Positions 44,482 to 53,333 of a stretch of DNA of 64,000 nt are shown piece by piece; within the stretch, counting starts at the first letter, position 1; the number at the start of each line of letters is the position of its first letter. The position numbers were made by a program, and so were the translations under genes. The stretch comes from a bacterium (GTDB lineage: Bacteria > Actinomycetota > Coriobacteriia > Coriobacteriales > Coriobacteriaceae). Location of the stretch: positions 1,953 through 65,952 of the forward strand of contig CAVCHM010000005.1 in the NCBI GenBank assembly GCA_963602135.1, given 5' to 3'. The notes under the pieces are model-generated. The model was not told the origin of the DNA. It did not search any database and saw only the letters and a program-made list of their open reading frames with translations.

Positions 44482-45294
44482 ATGACAGCTATCGATCGGG
44501 GCCGGGCGACCGCGGCCTTCAAACGCTATACCGATGCTTACGATGCCGCCAATCCGCGCATCGCACTCAAAATCGAGCATACGTACCACGTTGCCGAGGC
44601 ATGTGATGCCGTGGCGCGTGAGCAGGGCTGGTCGACAGAGGATATTGACCTGGCCTGGCTTTGCGGCCTGCTGCACGATATGGGCCGCTTTGAGCAGCTG
44701 CGGCGCTGGGACACGTTTAAGGATGCCGAGAGCATGAGCCATGCGGCGTTGGGCATCGAGGTCCTCTTTGGCGAGAGCCCCGACGACGCACCTGCCACAA
44801 CAAGCATCCGAGATTTTATCGAGACCGAAGAGCACGACGAGCTCATCCGCGCGAGCATCGCCTATCACAGTGACTTTCGCCTGCCGGCACAACTCGACGA
44901 GCGTACACGGTGCTTCTGCGATATCGTACGCGATGGCGACAAGATCGACATTATGCGCACCATCGCCGACAGCACCGTCGACACCATCCTCAAAGTGGAT
45001 GAGGACGCATTTCTTGCCAGCCACTTCTCGGCACCGGCGCTTACCGCCTTTGACGAGCACCGCTGCGTTGCTCGCGACGAACGCGACGAGCCGGCGGACT
45101 ACCTAGTGGGACTCATCTGCTTTATGTTTGAGCTCGTCTATCCGGCGAGCCGCGCGCTGGCGCGCGAGCAGGGCGATATCTACCGCCTACTCGACGCGCC
45201 CTTTGGTATTACACAGCCCTTTACCGACCCCGCCACACAGGCAACCTGGAGCCGTCTTAAGGACGAGATGCGCGGCTGGCTGGCGCGCGCCTAG
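44482..45294 (+). CDS. HD-domain phosphohydrolase
   Basis: KIEHTYHV, LLHDMGRFEQ, SHA, RDGDKIDI. Confidence 0.88.
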   Translation: MTAIDRGRATAAFKRYTDAYDAANPRIALKIEHTYHVAEACDAVAREQGWSTEDIDLAWLCGLLHDMGRFEQLRRWDTFKDAESMSHAALGIEVLFGESPDDAPATTSIRDFIETEEHDELIRASIAYHSDFRLPAQLDERTRCFCDIVRDGDKIDIMRTIADSTVDTILKVDEDAFLASHFSAPALTAFDEHRCVARDERDEPADYLVGLICFMFELVYPASRALAREQGDIYRLLDAPFGITQPFTDPATQATWSRLKDEMRGWLARA

Positions 45295-46496
45295 CGCTCA
45301 AGCTGGGCCAGCAGCTCCTCGACGACCTCGACGGCATCGCCGACAACCTTGTACTGGGCAGCACCAAAGATGGGGGCATCCGGGTCCTCGTTGATGGCGA
45401 TAATACACTCCGCCCCACCGATGCCGGCAAGATGCTGGATGGCGCCCGAAACACCGATACTCAGGAGAAGCTTGGGCGAAACCGATACTCCCGTCTGGCC
45501 AATCTGATGGCGATACTCCAACCAGCCGGCCTCCACGACAGGTCGCGTGCAGCCAAGCTCGGCTCCCAGAGCCTCGGCGAGCCTTCGCATCAGCGGCAGG
45601 TTTTTCTTGGAACCAATGCCGCGACCCACCACGACCAGGCGCTCGGCATCGGCGATCGAAGCCTGCTGTCCCCACTCCTCGGCGGGAATCGAAATCTCGA
45701 CACGAGCCTTGGCGTCTTCCGCAAGGAATACCTGGGTAATCGTGCCAGAGCGGCTGTAGTCAAACTCGGGCGCCTTAAAGATGCCGGGGCGCACCGTTGC
45801 CATCTGAGGACGGTGGTTGGGGCAAATGATGGTGGCCATCAAGTTGCCGCCAAACGCCGGGCGCGTCTGCTGCAGCAGGCCCGTCTCCGTATCCATCGAA
45901 AGTACGGTGCAGTCAGCCGTAAGGCCCGTCTGCAAACGCACGGCAACGCCGGGTGCCAGTTCACGGCCAAAGGCGGTCGCACCGTACAGAATGGCCTCGG
46001 GCTTGTGCTCTGCCACCAAATCACAGATCAGCCGGGCGTAGACCCCCGCGTCGTTCTGGCGCAGGCGCTCGTCGCGACAGACCAGGACCTCGTCTGCACC
46101 GGTGCAAACCAGATGCTCCAGATCACCGAGAGAACCCTCGGGGCCCATACCGACCAGTGCCGCCAGACGGCAACCACGGGCATCGGCAAGCTCGCGCCCC
46201 TTGCCCATGAGCTCGTAGGCCACCGGGGCCACGACATCGTGCTCGTCGGTCTGAACGAATACCCAAATGTCTCGATATGCATCAAGGTCCACCGCGCCGG
46301 CGGCCTCGTCGCGCTCGATCGAAATGGCATTGACGGGGCAAGCGTCGACGCACCCACCGCATAGGATGCAGCCGTCGGTTACGCGGGCGCAACGGTTGAG
46401 CCGCTCGCCTTCCACTACGATGCCGCCCGAAGCACAGGCGCGAACGCAGCGACCGCAGCCGATACAGGCTTCGCTATCGATAATCAGTCCGCTCAT
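45291..46496 (-). CDS. etfA: Electron transfer flavoprotein alpha subunit with N-terminal 2x[4Fe-4S] ferredoxin domain
   Basis: CIGCGRCVRAC and CILCGGCVDACP; GLTADC, RPAFGGN, QIGQTG, GVSGAIQH. Confidence 0.94.
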   Translation of the reverse strand: MSGLIIDSEACIGCGRCVRACASGGIVVEGERLNRCARVTDGCILCGGCVDACPVNAISIERDEAAGAVDLDAYRDIWVFVQTDEHDVVAPVAYELMGKGRELADARGCRLAALVGMGPEGSLGDLEHLVCTGADEVLVCRDERLRQNDAGVYARLICDLVAEHKPEAILYGATAFGRELAPGVAVRLQTGLTADCTVLSMDTETGLLQQTRPAFGGNLMATIICPNHRPQMATVRPGIFKAPEFDYSRSGTITQVFLAEDAKARVEISIPAEEWGQQASIADAERLVVVGRGIGSKKNLPLMRRLAEALGAELGCTRPVVEAGWLEYRHQIGQTGVSVSPKLLLSIGVSGAIQHLAGIGGAECIIAINEDPDAPIFGAAQYKVVGDAVEVVEELLAQLER

Positions 46497-47318
46497 CTAC
46501 GCCATCCCCTCGATAATCTTGGCAAGTTTCGCCGCCTGCTCGGACGCCGTTCCGTCAACGACCTCACACGTTTGGTCGCGGTCGGGCACAAACGATCGCA
46601 CGACCTGCGTCGGCGAGCCGGCAAGGCCGCAGCGCGCGGGGTCGGCGTTCACGTCGACAGCGTTGACCACGCGCACGTCCGCCTCCTCGGCCGCACGAAT
46701 ACCGGCAATGCTCGGCATACGCAGCTGGCCAATCTCCTTGGCAGTCGTCATCGCGCACGGCATCTCAAGATAGACCGTCTCCTCGCCGGCATCGCAGCCG
46801 TGAACAAGCGCCAGTGAACCACAGGTCGTAAAGCCCGCGCTCTGCACGCAGCTCACGTCGGTCACGCAGGGAATCTCAAAAGCACCGGCAAGCTCGGGAC
46901 CAATCTGGGCCGTATCGCCGTCCACCGCCATCTTGCCGCAGATGAGCAGGTCGAAGTCCTCGTCGAGCGCCTCGATGCCGCACTTGAGGGCATAGGTGGT
47001 TGCCAGGGTATCGGCACCTGCAAAGGCGCGGTCGGTTAGCAGCAGTGCGTCATCGGCGCCACGGGCGATGCAGTCGCGCAGCAGCGATTCGGTCGCGGGA
47101 ATGCCCATCGACACCACCGTTACGCGCACGTCCATGCCAAAGCCGATAAAGTCGTCCTTCAGCGCCAGCGCACATTCCAAAGCGCTCGCGTCAAAGGGAT
47201 TAATGACTGCCTGTTTGCCATCGCGCACGATAGTATTGGTCTTGGGGTCCATCTTGACCTCGGTGCTGCCCGGCACCGCCTTAACGCACACCACCATATG
47301 GAAATCGCTCATCTTCAC
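46497..47318 (-). CDS. etfB: Electron transfer flavoprotein beta subunit
   Basis: VCVKAVP, INPFD, AFAGADTLAT, DGDTAQIGP, GSPTQV. Confidence 0.95.
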   Translation of the reverse strand: MKMSDFHMVVCVKAVPGSTEVKMDPKTNTIVRDGKQAVINPFDASALECALALKDDFIGFGMDVRVTVVSMGIPATESLLRDCIARGADDALLLTDRAFAGADTLATTYALKCGIEALDEDFDLLICGKMAVDGDTAQIGPELAGAFEIPCVTDVSCVQSAGFTTCGSLALVHGCDAGEETVYLEMPCAMTTAKEIGQLRMPSIAGIRAAEEADVRVVNAVDVNADPARCGLAGSPTQVVRSFVPDRDQTCEVVDGTASEQAAKLAKIIEGMA

Positions 47319-48916
47319 GCGCCCCCTTTCTGGACGAGCTCATCCAAGAGCTTCTCCGAAAACAGGTTGCCACGGCCCAGCTGCCCGGCAGGATCGAGCT
47401 GGAGCTTGAGCCGCGCCGACTCGACCATGGCCTCGTGACCGTACATCGTCTCCAAGAAGCCCGCCTTGATCTTGCCGACACCGTGTTCGGCGGAGACGGC
47501 GCCGCCCATGGCCGTGACCTCGGAAGCCCACTGGGCGAACAGCTTGCCACCGGCGCGATAGTCCCGCGCATCGCGCGGCAGGATATTCACATGCAGATGG
47601 TTGTTACCGATGTGCCCCCAGGCGGCAGATTCAAGCCCACTTTCGGCCAACGTGCGGCGATACAGGGCGATGACATCGGCCAAGCGCGCGTTGGGCACCG
47701 ACATGTCCGAGCCCAGTTTGGTGATGGTGGGATCCGTGCGGCGACGCTCGTCGATGAGCATGTTGACGCTCTCGGGCACCGCATGGCGGAAGAATCGCTG
47801 GCACTCGCGATCGACCTCGGTGCGCGCGACCCATGTCGCATCGTCGCTGCCGCCCGCAAGCTCCAGTACCCACCCCAAGTGATACAGCTCCTCAGTCGCT
47901 TGGACTTCGTCGTCGCAGTCGAGCTCCACGTAGACACAGACCTTGGCGTCTTTGTCGAGCGCCGGCAGCGAGGCGAACGCGGTCGACTGCTCACGCTGAC
48001 GACGCAGTATATCCAGGGCGCCCGCATCGAAATATTCGATGGCAGCCGCGTGGGACAGGACGGGACGCACAGAATCGGTGAAGGACACGGCCTTGTCTTC
48101 GCTGTCAAAGAAGCAGCTCACGCCCCAAACGACCGCAGGCGCCGTCTGCAGGGCAATCTCGAGCTCGGTGATGACGCCGAGTGTGCCACACGCACCGATA
48201 AACAGATCGATGGCATCCATATCGTCAGCAACGAAATAGCCCGAAGCATTTTTGGTCTTGGGCATGGTGTAGCCGGGAAGGTCGAGCTCGAGCGTGCGGC
48301 CCTGCACCGTGACGAGCGAAAGGCGACGACCCTGCACAAAAACCTCGCCACGGTGAAGCTCGAGCAGGTCGCCATCGGCCAGCACGACATGAAGGCCCGT
48401 GACGTGAGGGCGCATGGGGCCGTAAGCGTAGCTACGGGCGCCGGAAGCGTTGCATGCCGCCATGCCGCCCAGACAGGCAGATGCCTCGGTGGGATCGGTA
48501 GGAAAGAATTGCTCGGGAGCTTCTTGGAACTCCTCGTAGGCCTCAAGCGATGCCTGGTCCCAGCCGGCAGTCGGCAGCATTTTCTTGCCCAGCTGCTTGC
48601 GTAGCTCAGACAGCACGACGCCGGGCGCCACACGCAAAAGAAAGCGGCCCTGCTCATCGCGGCGAATGCCTAGGTAGCGATTCATGCGGGAAGTATTGAG
48701 AACGTGACCGCCATGAGGCACGGCGCCGGCGGCAAGACCGGTCCGGGCGCCCTGAACCGTCACCGGGACACGCTCGGCATGGAGCTTTTTCAAAATGGCG
48801 CGGACCTCGTCCTCCGTTGTCGGAAACGAGATGCTCGAGGCCTCGCCCGATGTGCGAGACTCATCGCGACCATACTCTTCGAACTCGTCGGTGAAGGGTT
48901 TGATGGTTGCAGACAC
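47315..48916 (-). CDS. FAD-linked 2-hydroxyacid (D-lactate/glycolate) dehydrogenase, GlcD/LctD-like
   Basis: GARTGL..GAVP, GGM.A.NASG, K.ASGY, GHIGNNHLH, SAEHGVG. Confidence 0.88.
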   Translation of the reverse strand: MSATIKPFTDEFEEYGRDESRTSGEASSISFPTTEDEVRAILKKLHAERVPVTVQGARTGLAAGAVPHGGHVLNTSRMNRYLGIRRDEQGRFLLRVAPGVVLSELRKQLGKKMLPTAGWDQASLEAYEEFQEAPEQFFPTDPTEASACLGGMAACNASGARSYAYGPMRPHVTGLHVVLADGDLLELHRGEVFVQGRRLSLVTVQGRTLELDLPGYTMPKTKNASGYFVADDMDAIDLFIGACGTLGVITELEIALQTAPAVVWGVSCFFDSEDKAVSFTDSVRPVLSHAAAIEYFDAGALDILRRQREQSTAFASLPALDKDAKVCVYVELDCDDEVQATEELYHLGWVLELAGGSDDATWVARTEVDRECQRFFRHAVPESVNMLIDERRRTDPTITKLGSDMSVPNARLADVIALYRRTLAESGLESAAWGHIGNNHLHVNILPRDARDYRAGGKLFAQWASEVTAMGGAVSAEHGVGKIKAGFLETMYGHEAMVESARLKLQLDPAGQLGRGNLFSEKLLDELVQKGGA

Positions 48917-49262
48917 GCGAACTCCCCCTTTAGCTAACTACAGTGTTTGCAGGGAGATGTTACCGCATCGTTTTGTCGACGTGTTCGAGACCGTCTCCAT
49001 AATTGGCGATTTTTACGTTCGTGCAATTCGGCGAGCGGCAAGGTTTCCTCGGCAGACGATGCTTTTGACACATGTTGCTTTACCGCCAGCGGCCACGCAA
49101 TTGTCGCTCGAAAAAAGTTGAAGTAATTTTTACCATCTTTTACCTGCGGAGATGTCAATCCGTCAAGCATTTGGTCAGAAATTGGTCAAGTAGCGACTGA
49201 TACGGTCGGCATCGACAGCCAAAACCAATGGAAGTTTTGGCCCCAGAAGCAGGGAGGTTCCC

Positions 49263-49559
49263 ATGGCATATTACTGGCCCCAGTACGGCGTCGCCATCGA
49301 GGTCGACGACGATCCCTATCTCCTGCCTTTCGACGAAAAGGCGTTCCCCGATACGGCGGTCTACCACGTCACCACCGATGTTATCTGCGACCCCGAGTCG
49401 TTCTCGGCGCTCGCCCACCACATCGCGCGTATCCACAACATCGAGCTCCCTCATGACTTCGACGAGCTCATCTATTCGCGCCGCCTGATGCTTCACATGC
49501 TCTTTGGAGCGGACCCGTCCACGTTCGCACGCGTCTACACCACCAAGGACGCCGCATGA
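49263..49559 (+). CDS. Hypothetical protein, first gene of the surface cluster
   Basis: RBS GGGAGG; ATGA overlap with the next gene; YWPQYGVAIEVD weakly resembles DUF559/Vsr-like folds. Confidence 0.65.
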   Translation: MAYYWPQYGVAIEVDDDPYLLPFDEKAFPDTAVYHVTTDVICDPESFSALAHHIARIHNIELPHDFDELIYSRRLMLHMLFGADPSTFARVYTTKDAA

Positions 49560-50065
49560 GTGCGAAGAAGCCGCCCCGCCTTGCAGGACTGGGGCGTCGC
49601 AAGAAACTCGTCGTTGTCTGCCTGGCTATCGTCTGCGCCCTCATCGCCGTAGGGTTATACGCCTGGCAGTCGCAGCCCGTGCCCGAAGCGGGCGCCTCAG
49701 TCACGACGGCAGAAGGTAAATCGCGCCAAGAAATCCAGGATGAGCTCGACGCCATCGTCCGCGACAACATGATGACGATCTCGGTCGCGCCGGTCGCACA
49801 GTTGCAGGAAGGCGGCAAGTTGCGCGTCAACGTGCAAAACGTCCAAGACAACAAGTTTCCCCAGCGCTTCCGCGTGATTCAAAACGACGAGACCATCTAT
49901 GAGTCCGGTGTGGTCGAAGCCGGCAAGACGGTTGAGACCTGCCCCGCCGGCGATATCCAAGAAGGCGAGGCGTATATCGAGATTCAGGCACTCGATGCCA
50001 AGACCTACGACACCCACGGCAATCCGACGCGCGTCAAAGTGCGGGTGGCCCAGGCAGAAGGCTAG
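49556..50065 (+). CDS. Membrane-anchored extracellular protein (putative assembly/chaperone factor)
   Basis: Basic N-terminus plus a single TM; GKSRQEIQDELD, NKFPQ, TIYESG. Confidence 0.75.
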   Translation: MSAKKPPRLAGLGRRKKLVVVCLAIVCALIAVGLYAWQSQPVPEAGASVTTAEGKSRQEIQDELDAIVRDNMMTISVAPVAQLQEGGKLRVNVQNVQDNKFPQRFRVIQNDETIYESGVVEAGKTVETCPAGDIQEGEAYIEIQALDAKTYDTHGNPTRVKVRVAQAEG

Positions 50066-50152
50066 TGGCCGACGCGCTCGCAGGGACAGCACCCTGTCCC
50101 CATTCGTCCAACCATCACGGAAACAGTCCGTGACGAGCAGAAAGGATCGATT

Positions 50153-50755
50153 ATGAACACACCCATGAACCTGAGCGGAGCCAGGGCACTCGCCGTGGGC
50201 GCAGGGCTTACGCTCGCACTTGCGATGGGCGCCGCGCCAACGGCGGCCATAGCAGAGGTGCGCGTTGGAACCACCGATGTGACGGTGAAGGCCGACATTA
50301 GCAATGTTTCGTTTAAGGCGCCAACGGTCATCCCCTTTGCCGCCAGCGCCGACGGAACGCTTGTAGGACCCTCCGACAAGACGATTACCATCGACAACCT
50401 CTCGGCATATGGCATCCACGTCACTAACATGAAGGTCACGGCCAAGAACGACTGGACAATCGTTGCAGACGCAAAGACGGGCTCGGCCCAGAACTCCATC
50501 GATTTTAAGGTTGGCCCCGATAAGGCAGAAAAGGATGCCAGCTCGGCGACTCAGACTACAGGCCTCGATCTTTCCAAGGACGTAAGCTTCGACATGAAGT
50601 ACCAGGGCATTGCCGACGGAACGGACAAAATCAAGCTCAATGTGAGTGGACACGTCGCCCGCGTCACGCGTGACATCTACCACGCCACCGGTACGGGAGA
50701 TCAAGTGGCAAGCATCACCTGGACGGTCGAGCCCGGTGCGCACGCCACGTCCTAA
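50153..50755 (+). CDS. Secreted WxL-like protein
   Basis: Signal peptide ending AIA; beta-rich; C-terminal VASITWTV; RBS AAAGGA. Confidence 0.7.
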   Translation: MNTPMNLSGARALAVGAGLTLALAMGAAPTAAIAEVRVGTTDVTVKADISNVSFKAPTVIPFAASADGTLVGPSDKTITIDNLSAYGIHVTNMKVTAKNDWTIVADAKTGSAQNSIDFKVGPDKAEKDASSATQTTGLDLSKDVSFDMKYQGIADGTDKIKLNVSGHVARVTRDIYHATGTGDQVASITWTVEPGAHATS

Positions 50756-50996
50756 GGCGATTGCACTGGCCGCCATCGTCGGCATCTTGGCGTCCGCACC
50801 TGCCATAGCCTTTGCTCAACAAGAGCAAGCGCAGGCGGCCACAGAAGTGACCGTCGACCTTTCGGGCCTTGATCGCGGCAGCCGTAACGAGCCGCTCGCT
50901 CAGACGAGCGACACCCGGCAACTCATTGCGGTAGGCGTCGCAACGGCGGGAGCAGGGCTGACGTGCCTTGGCCTGCACATCAAACGCAACCAATAG
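50736..50996 (+). CDS. Mini sortase-anchored protein (LAQTS sorting signal)
   Basis: GTG start, signal peptide ending AFA, about 30-aa mature part, LAQTSD plus hydrophobic stretch plus KR tail. Confidence 0.65.
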   Translation: MRTPRPKAIALAAIVGILASAPAIAFAQQEQAQAATEVTVDLSGLDRGSRNEPLAQTSDTRQLIAVGVATAGAGLTCLGLHIKRNQ

Positions 50997-51035
50997 CCAA
51001 GCACAACCGGAGTGCGCGGAATAGATAGGAGAACC

Positions 51036-52439
51036 ATGGCACCCAAAAATCTATTGCCCGTTGCCGCGCTCTGCAGTGCACTGGCGAGCGGTACGCCTCT
51101 CGCCGCCTGGGCGACGCCCGCCACGGCAAACTCCTTACCGCAAGCTCTGAACCCCGTGGCGAATTCGTCGGGTATCGTCGCCTGCCAACGTTTTTCGCTC
51201 GCACACGCCACGGTCCGAACCTCGGGATGCCTTCACCGCAATACGGTCGACTCGATAGTCGTGGATATCAAGCGACCGGACAAGGAGAACGGCCCCCAGG
51301 CAGGTTATGCCATCTGCACATGGAAATCGGCTGCAGTCGACGCCGATGGCGACCCATGCGACCTAGAGCTGCGCATCGATATCGCCTCGGTCGATGACTC
51401 GGCGAACGGGGCGAAGGTCGTCTTCGACAGCGCGGCCTATGAAGAAGAAGGAGGAGGTGTATGCCTGGGCTGCGTTCCCTCGAATGTCGATGGCGCGCAG
51501 CCCATCATCTCCTTTACGGCATCGCTGCGACTGACCAAGGCGGACACCGAAGCCATCGCAACGGGAGATGCACCTTTGTTGTTCTACGCTGGCGACGCGG
51601 ACGACCAAGAGGCTCAAAGCAATAGGCAGAAGGGCTCGCTTAACCTCACGCGTGGATCAGAGCCCGCCCCCATCAATATCGATGCCCAGGCGCAAGGCGT
51701 GCAGCGCATTCTCGCCGATCCGGCGCTGCTCCAAATGACATGGCACGGAGTGGGGTCCGTCGGGATTGCTGCTCCCATATCGAGCGATAATGACAAATCC
51801 CCCAAAGACGAGATCGCAGACGCACCGGCGCATGTTGACGATGCAGACGACGCATCATCAGAAGACAACGCGCCGGCTCCTCTCGAGAAGCCAGATGGCA
51901 CCACCACCGAACTAGGCGATCCCCAACCGAAAGACGGCCTGGACTTTGCCGCTCCCCCAGATGTCGACGAAGGCAACTGTTGCATGATGGTCGCGCTCGA
52001 CCACACGGAAACCGTCGATGCCGCAAGCATTGAGCCAGTCGCCGCCAATGCGCCCCGCCGCAAAAATATCCTCATCGCATTCCCCAATACCGTCGAGCTC
52101 GTCTTTTTGCCTTCGGGTGAAGTCGTCGCGCCTACGGCACTTACAGCAGTGGGAGCAAGGAGCGCCTCGAACGATATCCAAGCTATCTCGGCACTTGATG
52201 CCACAACGACCGCCAAGTTACACCTTTATTCCGTTGCAGCAGACGGAACGCGAACCGAAGAATTCGACGGAACCAAGCTTTTGGTTCCTCGTCGCATCGG
52301 TATCCAAGAAGACTTCCCCTATCAAATGGAACTTGAAGGGTTCGATCGTGCACGAGATGCCGACATCATTGCCGCAGCCATCGAATCCCCGCAGCACCTC
52401 ATGACGCTGCGCTTCGACTTTAGCCCCGTCCTGTCCTAG
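51036..52439 (+). CDS. Large secreted protein with a C-terminal domain related to the 200-aa neighbour
   Basis: Signal peptide ending AWA; acidic Pro-rich linker; FPNTVELVFLPSGEVVAPT resembles APTVIPFAASADGTLVGPS. Confidence 0.7.
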   Translation: MAPKNLLPVAALCSALASGTPLAAWATPATANSLPQALNPVANSSGIVACQRFSLAHATVRTSGCLHRNTVDSIVVDIKRPDKENGPQAGYAICTWKSAAVDADGDPCDLELRIDIASVDDSANGAKVVFDSAAYEEEGGGVCLGCVPSNVDGAQPIISFTASLRLTKADTEAIATGDAPLLFYAGDADDQEAQSNRQKGSLNLTRGSEPAPINIDAQAQGVQRILADPALLQMTWHGVGSVGIAAPISSDNDKSPKDEIADAPAHVDDADDASSEDNAPAPLEKPDGTTTELGDPQPKDGLDFAAPPDVDEGNCCMMVALDHTETVDAASIEPVAANAPRRKNILIAFPNTVELVFLPSGEVVAPTALTAVGARSASNDIQAISALDATTTAKLHLYSVAADGTRTEEFDGTKLLVPRRIGIQEDFPYQMELEGFDRARDADIIAAAIESPQHLMTLRFDFSPVLS

Positions 52440-52528
52440 ACCGCTAACTGCCGCGTAGCTCGGATACCGAGCGCTCCCCTCCCCGTTCTGCTACGATTGC
52501 CGCGTTGGCATCAATTACAGGAGGGTTC

Positions 52529-53245
52529 ATGCCGGGTTTAGGAACGATCATCAACGTCGCGCTTTTGATCGCGGGCGGTCTGCTGGGCCTCATGGGTGGG
52601 CGCTTCATTACGCCCCGCATCCAAGACACGCTCATGAAGGCGTCGGGGTTGTGTGTTCTGTTTATCGGCCTGGGCGGCACCATGCAAAAGATGCTCGTTA
52701 TCGATGGAGAGGCGTTGGCGACCACCGGCACCACCATGCTTATCGTCTCATTTGCCCTCGGTTCGCTCATCGGCGAGGCCATCAATCTGGAGGCCGCCAT
52801 CGAGAACCTCGGCGAATGGCTCAAGCGCAAAACCGGCAGCGAAGGCGACAACGAGTTCACCAACGCCTTTGTCTCGGCATCGCTCACCGTGTGTATCGGC
52901 GCCATGGCCATCGTGGGATCGATTCAGGACGGTCTGCTCGGCGACTGGTCCACGCTTGCCCTGAAGGGCGCGCTGGACTGCATCATCGTCTGCACCATGA
53001 CGGCCTCGCTTGGCCGCGGCTGCATCTTCTCGGCCCTGCCCGTTGCCGTATTCCAGGGCACGATCACGCTTTTTGCCGGCGCACTCTCCCCCATCATGAC
53101 CACCGCAGCCCTCGACAGCCTTTCGCTTGTGGGCTCCATGCTCATCTTCTGTGTTGGCGTTAACCTTATTCGACCTCAGACCTTCCGCACGGCCAACATG
53201 CTCCCCTCCGTCGTCGTGGCGGTCATCTACGCCCTCCTGTTCTAA
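52529..53245 (+). CDS. DUF554 family membrane protein
   Basis: GLGTIIN, CIGAMAIVGSIQDG, KGALD, NMLPS. Confidence 0.9.
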   Translation: MPGLGTIINVALLIAGGLLGLMGGRFITPRIQDTLMKASGLCVLFIGLGGTMQKMLVIDGEALATTGTTMLIVSFALGSLIGEAINLEAAIENLGEWLKRKTGSEGDNEFTNAFVSASLTVCIGAMAIVGSIQDGLLGDWSTLALKGALDCIIVCTMTASLGRGCIFSALPVAVFQGTITLFAGALSPIMTTAALDSLSLVGSMLIFCVGVNLIRPQTFRTANMLPSVVVAVIYALLF

Positions 53246-53266
53246 ATCTATCTACGCAGCGGTATC

Positions 53267-53296
53267 TCGAACATCTGTTTGATGCTGTGCTATGAT
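53267..53296 (+). promoter_or_regulatory. LexA (SOS) box within an extended -10 promoter
   Basis: TCGAAC-atct-GTTTGA (11/12 match to TCGAAC-N4-GTTCGA), 8 nt upstream of the TATGAT -10 (TGcTATGAT). Confidence 0.75.
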
Positions 53297-53333
53297 ATGA
53301 GGTCACCGAAGCTGCGTTAGGAGAGGAGAAGCG

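Noticed and set aside
49195..49250. c-di-GMP riboswitch upstream of the surface cluster
   Set aside because: Only a simple GCCAAAAC/GTTTTGGC hairpin; the class I and class II signatures are absent
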